From Bdellovibrionales bacterium (GTDB lineage Bacteria; Bdellovibrionota; Bdellovibrionia; Bdellovibrionales; JAMPXM01), in NCBI GenBank assembly GCA_043716655.1, contig JAYSYF010000092.1:1-48089 (forward strand): a DNA stretch of 48,089 bases. The letters are read 5' to 3'. The position numbers and the translations under genes are program-made. The stretch's first letter is position 1, and each line of letters opens with the position of its first letter. Below the pieces are notes generated by a model that made no database searches, was not told the origin of the DNA, and saw nothing but the letters and a program-made list of their open reading frames with translations. Positions 43,582 to 48,089 of this stretch are shown here, one piece after another.

Positions 43582-45474
43582 CTATTTTCCGCCGAACAAG
43601 TTTTTGAAGAAACCAGAAACTTTTTGGCCGATCGACTTTTGTGAGCCGACTGGAATTGGACGGCTTCCGCCTTTTTGCGGTTTGCCACCTTTGCGATGCT
43701 TATCACCACCGCGTCCGCCCGCTACATGTTTCCCGTTGCCGTTTGCATGCTTCGCGTTTTTATCGGGACGTCCGCCGCCTTTTTCAGGACGACCGCCAGC
43801 CGCGCGCTGTGGAATTGGAGCATTCGGATCACGTGGAGTGATTGGACTTGGACCACGTGCTCCCGATGGAGTTGGTGTTGGGCGTGGACGTTGTTCGCCA
43901 CCAGCATCCGCTGACATTGCGCCTTCGCGTCCGCCGCCACGTGGACCGCGTCCACCGTCACGACCACCTTCTGCTCGACCGCCGTCACGTCCGCCGCGTC
44001 CAACGCCGCCAGAACCACTACCAGATCCGCGTCCGCCGCCGTCACGTCCACCGCGACCAGCACCTGGTCCACCGCGTCCGCCGCCATCGCGACCTCCGCC
44101 GCTAGAAGAACGACCTTCAAATTCGCGCGAGAAATCTTTTTGCGAACGATCTGACTGCATCTGTTTGTAGTCTTTTGGAATCTTGTCTTCTTCGAGGAAA
44201 TCCACGTTTACCTTGTGTTTCAAATAGCCTTCAACTCGGCTAAGCGCATCGACATCGCGATCGCTGACGAGTGAGAACGCGAGGCCTTTTGCTCCCGCGC
44301 GGCCCGTACGACCGATTCGGTGTACGTAGTTTTCTGGGTCATCTGGCAATTCGTAATTCACGACCATGTCGACACCCTTGATGTCGAGACCGCGAGCCGC
44401 AACATCCGTCGCGACGAGAATGTTCTTATCGCTGTCGCCTTTGAACTGCTCCATCACGCGCGTGCGCTGCGATTGAGTCAAAAGCGAAGAGATTGCGACC
44501 GCGGGAAAACCGTTGTCGTTCAAGAACTGAGACACGCGAGGAACGTTCATCTTGTAGTTCGAGAAGATGATCGCCTGGCGAGGAGAGTGCAATTTCAGCA
44601 AAGCTAAAAGATGTGCGCCTTTTTCGTCTTGGCCCACATGCATGATCTTGTCGTCGACGTTTTCAGCTTTTGGCTGATCGCGCGAAACGTTGAATTCAAC
44701 TGGGTTCGCACCGAATTGATAAGCCGTGTTCATCACATCAAGGTTCAACGTTGCCGAGAACACCATGAACTGACGCTCTTTCGGAACGCGAGTCAGGATG
44801 TACTTCATGTCATCTTTGAAACCCATGTCGAACATGCGATCCGCTTCGTCGAAGACGATTGCGCGGACTTGTTTCAAGTCGACGAGATTGTCTTTGTAGA
44901 GATCGAGCAAACGTCCCGGAGTTGCGATTACAAATTCGACGCCACCGCGAAGTGCCTCTTTTTGTTTCTCGTAGGCGACGCCACCGTAAATCGAAACGGC
45001 GCGAAGACCGGCACTGGCGCCAAACTTAACGGCATTTTCGTAAACCTGTTCGCAAAGCTCTCGCGTTGGTACGAGTACCAAGCAGAAGTTCATCGGAACC
45101 CATTCATGAAATCCGCGGTTCAAAAGTGGATCCGTCGAATGCGTGACCTCGGAGTCGACGACAGTTGCGACTTCACCTTCAGCCGAAGCTGCCATTCCCG
45201 CATCATACTGACGATCGAGAATTTGTTGTTCGGTGAGTTTAGGAGCAATCGTGACTCCGGCTTTCTTCGCATCTTGCGCGCGAAGAATTCTTTCCATCAG
45301 TGGCAATAAGAAGGCTCCGGTTTTTCCGGTTCCTGTTTGAGCGAGGCCCGCAACGTCTTTGCCGTCGAGAATTGCGGGGATAGTATGTTCTTGGACTGGT
45401 GTGCACTCGTCGAAACCAATTGATTCTAAGGTGCTCTGAAGAAGGGGATGTAACTCGAATTCTGTAAACTTCAC
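43582..45474 (-). CDS. DEAD-box ATP-dependent RNA helicase with an RGG/Gly-Arg-rich C-terminal tail
   Basis: F..TPVQ Q-motif, AQTGTGKT, PTRELC, DEAD, SAT and HRIGRTGRAG. GTG start with GGAG upstream. About 178 aa of GGRDGG/RGG-rich tail. Confidence 0.93.
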   Translation of the reverse strand: MKFTEFELHPLLQSTLESIGFDECTPVQEHTIPAILDGKDVAGLAQTGTGKTGAFLLPLMERILRAQDAKKAGVTIAPKLTEQQILDRQYDAGMAASAEGEVATVVDSEVTHSTDPLLNRGFHEWVPMNFCLVLVPTRELCEQVYENAVKFGASAGLRAVSIYGGVAYEKQKEALRGGVEFVIATPGRLLDLYKDNLVDLKQVRAIVFDEADRMFDMGFKDDMKYILTRVPKERQFMVFSATLNLDVMNTAYQFGANPVEFNVSRDQPKAENVDDKIMHVGQDEKGAHLLALLKLHSPRQAIIFSNYKMNVPRVSQFLNDNGFPAVAISSLLTQSQRTRVMEQFKGDSDKNILVATDVAARGLDIKGVDMVVNYELPDDPENYVHRIGRTGRAGAKGLAFSLVSDRDVDALSRVEGYLKHKVNVDFLEEDKIPKDYKQMQSDRSQKDFSREFEGRSSSGGGRDGGGRGGPGAGRGGRDGGGRGSGSGSGGVGRGGRDGGRAEGGRDGGRGPRGGGREGAMSADAGGEQRPRPTPTPSGARGPSPITPRDPNAPIPQRAAGGRPEKGGGRPDKNAKHANGNGKHVAGGRGGDKHRKGGKPQKGGSRPIPVGSQKSIGQKVSGFFKNLFGGK

Positions 45475-45619
45475 TGCGGACTCCGCTAAGGATAAAAACG
45501 CGTCGATATGATCACGAGGAGAATTAATCTTCGGGTGCTACACGCTCATTTGCGGTCGCCGAACCCTATACTGAGAATCTTGACGCTATATGTTAAACAC
45601 TTGATTAAACTCCGAACAA

Positions 45620-45648
45620 ACTTATCTTTGCGAGGGCCCTTGAGTCAA
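45620..45648 (-). promoter_or_regulatory. candidate sigma70-type promoter for the helicase (long 5' UTR)
   Basis: Minus strand reads TTGACT-N17-ATAAGT, about 145 nt upstream of the GTG start. Confidence 0.25.
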
Positions 45649-45683
45649 AAGCCGAGTTGGGGCTCAAGCACTATTGCTATGCG

Positions 45684-46565
45684 TCAGACGAAATCGCCAG
45701 CCGCGTTTCCGGCTAAAAAATCGGCGACAGCCTGATTGAACGCTTCGGGTTGTTCGCTGTGCACCCAGTGCCCTGCTCCCTTGATTTCAATGCCTTCGAA
45801 AGATGGGTTTTCTTTGAGCATCCGTTCGAAAACTGCGGGCGGCAAATCGCGCGAGTATTCGCCTCGAATCAACAAGGTGGGAGCTTTGACGGCTCGAATT
45901 GTGTCCCAGCGCTCAACTGTGTGACCAGCGACGACAGCCGCGCGAACTCCATCTGCATGAAATCGCCAGATCGCGCGTTTCTGTAACCCACCCTGCTCTT
46001 CCTCGGTGATATTGGCGTAAAGCCAAGCGCCGAGTGCTTGGGCATTACCCAAATCTTTGAATGAAATCGGGAACTGCTCGTCGAACCAACGCTTCGCTTC
46101 GCGTTTATCTGGAAAAGGCACCGGGACTTCACTCAAGATGCGGGTCACAGTGGAGGAATTTAGCGGACTCATGTTCGGGCCGATGTCTTCGATGACTAAA
46201 CTTCGAACACGTTCGGGATGCGCTGCTGCGAACGTATATGCAACGCGCCCACCCATCGAATGCCCTACGAGATGCACTTTGTTCCACCCAAGGTCGTCCA
46301 AAATTTTGCGCAAATCTTCAGCAAGGCTTTCTGGCGTATAGGCGGCAGGCGTTTGCGCGAGATCCGCGTGTACCGAACGACCGTGCCCGCGGCTATCAAA
46401 GGCCAACACTTGAAAACGGTCTTCGAACGCCTTCGCGACTCTTCGCCAGTTGAGGGCGTATCCCATGACACCATGTAAAAGCACGAGCTTCGGAGTCGGC
46501 CGACCGTCGGGAGTTAGGTTCGGGCCCGTGATTTGAGTGAAAAACTGGTCAACGAAACGTGCCAT
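45684..46565 (-). CDS. alpha/beta hydrolase (esterase, YbfF-like)
   Basis: LVLLHGVMGYALNW, nucleophile elbow LVGHSMGG and C-terminal GHWVH. Confidence 0.8.
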   Translation of the reverse strand: MARFVDQFFTQITGPNLTPDGRPTPKLVLLHGVMGYALNWRRVAKAFEDRFQVLAFDSRGHGRSVHADLAQTPAAYTPESLAEDLRKILDDLGWNKVHLVGHSMGGRVAYTFAAAHPERVRSLVIEDIGPNMSPLNSSTVTRILSEVPVPFPDKREAKRWFDEQFPISFKDLGNAQALGAWLYANITEEEQGGLQKRAIWRFHADGVRAAVVAGHTVERWDTIRAVKAPTLLIRGEYSRDLPPAVFERMLKENPSFEGIEIKGAGHWVHSEQPEAFNQAVADFLAGNAAGDFV

Positions 46566-46587
46566 GCGTGGCTATACTGCCGACTGA

Positions 46588-48060
46588 ATGCCAAAGACGC
46601 AATCTGACACGCAACTCTCAACTGGAACGGTACCGAAGATTATTCGGAAACCGAATCTGCATGCCGACTGGATCGATCCGCATGCGATCGGCATCGTCAA
46701 AGCGCTGCAAAAGGCCGGGCACACGAGTTACCTCGTCGGCGGTTGCGTGCGTGATCTGCTGTTGGGAATCTTCCCAAAAGATTACGACATCGCGACGGCG
46801 GCTCACCCACCGCAAGTAAAACGATTGATCCACATGGCGTTCATCATCGGAAAACGTTTCCGACTTGTTTTGGTGAAACGTGGTGAACATCAATACGAGG
46901 TCGCGACTTTCCGAAAAGAATTCGACCCCTCGCACTTTCCAATCGAGGAATACCCCGATGGACCACCGTCCGTAGACAATATCTTCGGAACTCCCGAAGA
47001 GGACGCGCGCCGCCGCGACTTCACGATCAACGCGTTGTTTTACGATCCAATCTCTGGAGAACTCATCGATTACGTCAACGGACGTGCCGATATCGAGGCG
47101 CGAGTTTTGAGAATGATCGGCGATCCAGATGTACGTTTGGCGGAAGATCCAATTCGCACACTTCGCGCACTTCGATTTTCACACAAACTCGGTTTCGTTA
47201 TCGAGCCGTCACTACGCGAATCGATGGGTCGACACGCGAGCCTTTTACAAAAAGCGGTTTTGCCTCGTCGACGCGAAGAGCTTTTGAAGTTGCTTCGACT
47301 CGATAACCCGATGGCCGTTCTTATCGAGTGTTATGATCTCGGAGTTTTGCGCGAAATCTTTCCGACTCTCGAGCGCATGTTCGAAAACCCGGAACGCCAA
47401 TTTACTTTCTTAACGCTGCTCGAAAACTTGCAATCCTCAGTCACAGATACGAATGACACGGGTCAGGTTTTTGGCTGGTTGCTTGCGACCATCCTCGAAA
47501 CGCTCAACGAAGAAAACGCATATCTTGAAGAAGACGAGTTAAACGCGCTACTGCGCGACGAGCTTGGAATGTACAAGTTCGAGCAATCTTTGGTTTTAGA
47601 TGCTCTCAAATTGCGCCGCACTTTCGAGAAAACTGAAGAGCATCGCCGCAAAGGTGAACGCCGCCAAACGAGCGTCGTAAAGCGGGAAGGTTTTACGTTA
47701 GCCCTGCGCCTCGCTGTTGCCGATCACCGAGTCTCGGCTTCCGATCTGCAGTTCTGGACAGAAGTCTATGATCGTATTCGGCCTGAAATTGAAGAGGCAC
47801 GCCGCGAGCGTACCGCACGACGATCCGAACGTCCGCCTCGACGGCGAAGAGAACGTAACGGTGAACGCGGCCGCCCACCTCGCAACGACGAGGCGAACGG
47901 ATCTGAATCTAATGAAGATGCCGACGCTGACGACCTGGGTGACGGACTACAGGCAGAACGCCCGTTGGCGCGCAATACAGTGAAAGAGACTTCGTCTATA
48001 AACGCTTCTGAGACTTCGTCTATAAACGCTTCTGAGACTTCGTCTCAAGACGAGACTTAG
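46588..48060 (+). CDS. pcnB: poly(A) polymerase I (PcnB) / tRNA nucleotidyltransferase family with an Arg-rich, repeat-bearing tail
   Basis: YLVGGCVRDLLLGIFPKDYDIATAAHP, GKRFRLVLV...EVATFR and RRRDFTINALFYDP are PcnB-type motifs. Only 22 bp separate it from the divergent hydrolase gene. Confidence 0.85.
   Translation: MPKTQSDTQLSTGTVPKIIRKPNLHADWIDPHAIGIVKALQKAGHTSYLVGGCVRDLLLGIFPKDYDIATAAHPPQVKRLIHMAFIIGKRFRLVLVKRGEHQYEVATFRKEFDPSHFPIEEYPDGPPSVDNIFGTPEEDARRRDFTINALFYDPISGELIDYVNGRADIEARVLRMIGDPDVRLAEDPIRTLRALRFSHKLGFVIEPSLRESMGRHASLLQKAVLPRRREELLKLLRLDNPMAVLIECYDLGVLREIFPTLERMFENPERQFTFLTLLENLQSSVTDTNDTGQVFGWLLATILETLNEENAYLEEDELNALLRDELGMYKFEQSLVLDALKLRRTFEKTEEHRRKGERRQTSVVKREGFTLALRLAVADHRVSASDLQFWTEVYDRIRPEIEEARRERTARRSERPPRRRRERNGERGRPPRNDEANGSESNEDADADDLGDGLQAERPLARNTVKETSSINASETSSINASETSSQDET
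47986..48045 (+). repeat. perfect 24-bp tandem repeat (2.5 copies) inside the pcnB 3' end
   Basis: gagacttcgtctataaacgcttct occurs twice, followed by gagacttcgtct. It encodes ETSSINAS-ETSSINAS-ETSS. Confidence 0.9.
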
Positions 48061-48089
48061 CCTTCAGTCTAAGAGGGTTTGTACCGAAA

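Noticed and set aside
43529-44170. 213-aa plus-strand Pro-rich ORF (PPRPP repeats)
   Set aside because: It is the mirror image of the Gly/Arg repeat tail of the DEAD-box helicase. That tail is in frame with a complete helicase core on the minus strand.
1-48089. Search for mobile elements, prophage, integrons or defence islands (restriction-modification, CBASS, retron, toxin-antitoxin modules)
   Set aside because: I recognised no transposase, integrase, reverse transcriptase, Cas, methyltransferase/endonuclease pair, tRNA attachment site or flanking direct repeats. The only accessory-looking blocks are 18.8-21.8 kb and 29.2-36.1 kb, reported as findings.

Overview
This 48-kb window is a chromosomal segment from a flagellated Gram-negative bacterium. 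I see no rRNA or tRNA genes, no CRISPR array, and no transposase, integrase or phage genes. The gene content suggests a deltaproteobacterial or Bdellovibrionota-like predator: many signal-peptide orphans, two lytic transglycosylases, pilT, and a flg cluster ending in csrA-fliW. This taxonomy is inference only. Left to right the window holds: (1) rsmE, prmA and two secreted proteins; (2) a minus-strand flagellar cluster flgF-G-A-H-I, a rod-binding flgJ-like gene, flgM-N-K-L, csrA and fliW (3.9-14.7 kb); (3) an MltD-like transglycosylase, aspartokinase and a hydrolase; (4) three exported orphan genes, one with a barstar-family domain (18.8-21.8 kb); (5) recA, pncC and pgpA divergent from pilT, recX and alaS; (6) an orphan pilin-like gene convergent with a 1593-aa exported protein that joins an M48 metalloprotease domain to an ABC1/UbiB-type atypical kinase domain, at the end of a possible five-gene minus-strand unit (30.0-39.7 kb); (7) mutY, a TolB-like lipoprotein and small envelope proteins; (8) a DEAD-box helicase with an RGG tail, a hydrolase and pcnB. 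The signals most worth follow-up are these. First, hairpins with GGA at the apex (core CAGGATG) recur in the 5' leaders of flgF, the flgJ-like gene and flgK, beside a cluster-encoded csrA-fliW pair and an exact sigma54 promoter upstream of flgF. Second, the exported barstar-like gene is translationally coupled to a secreted orphan. Third, the M48-ABC1 fusion protein. Fourth, four copies of a 20-bp palindrome lie in a convergent intergenic region. All functional readings are motif-level and made by eye; no database search was run.
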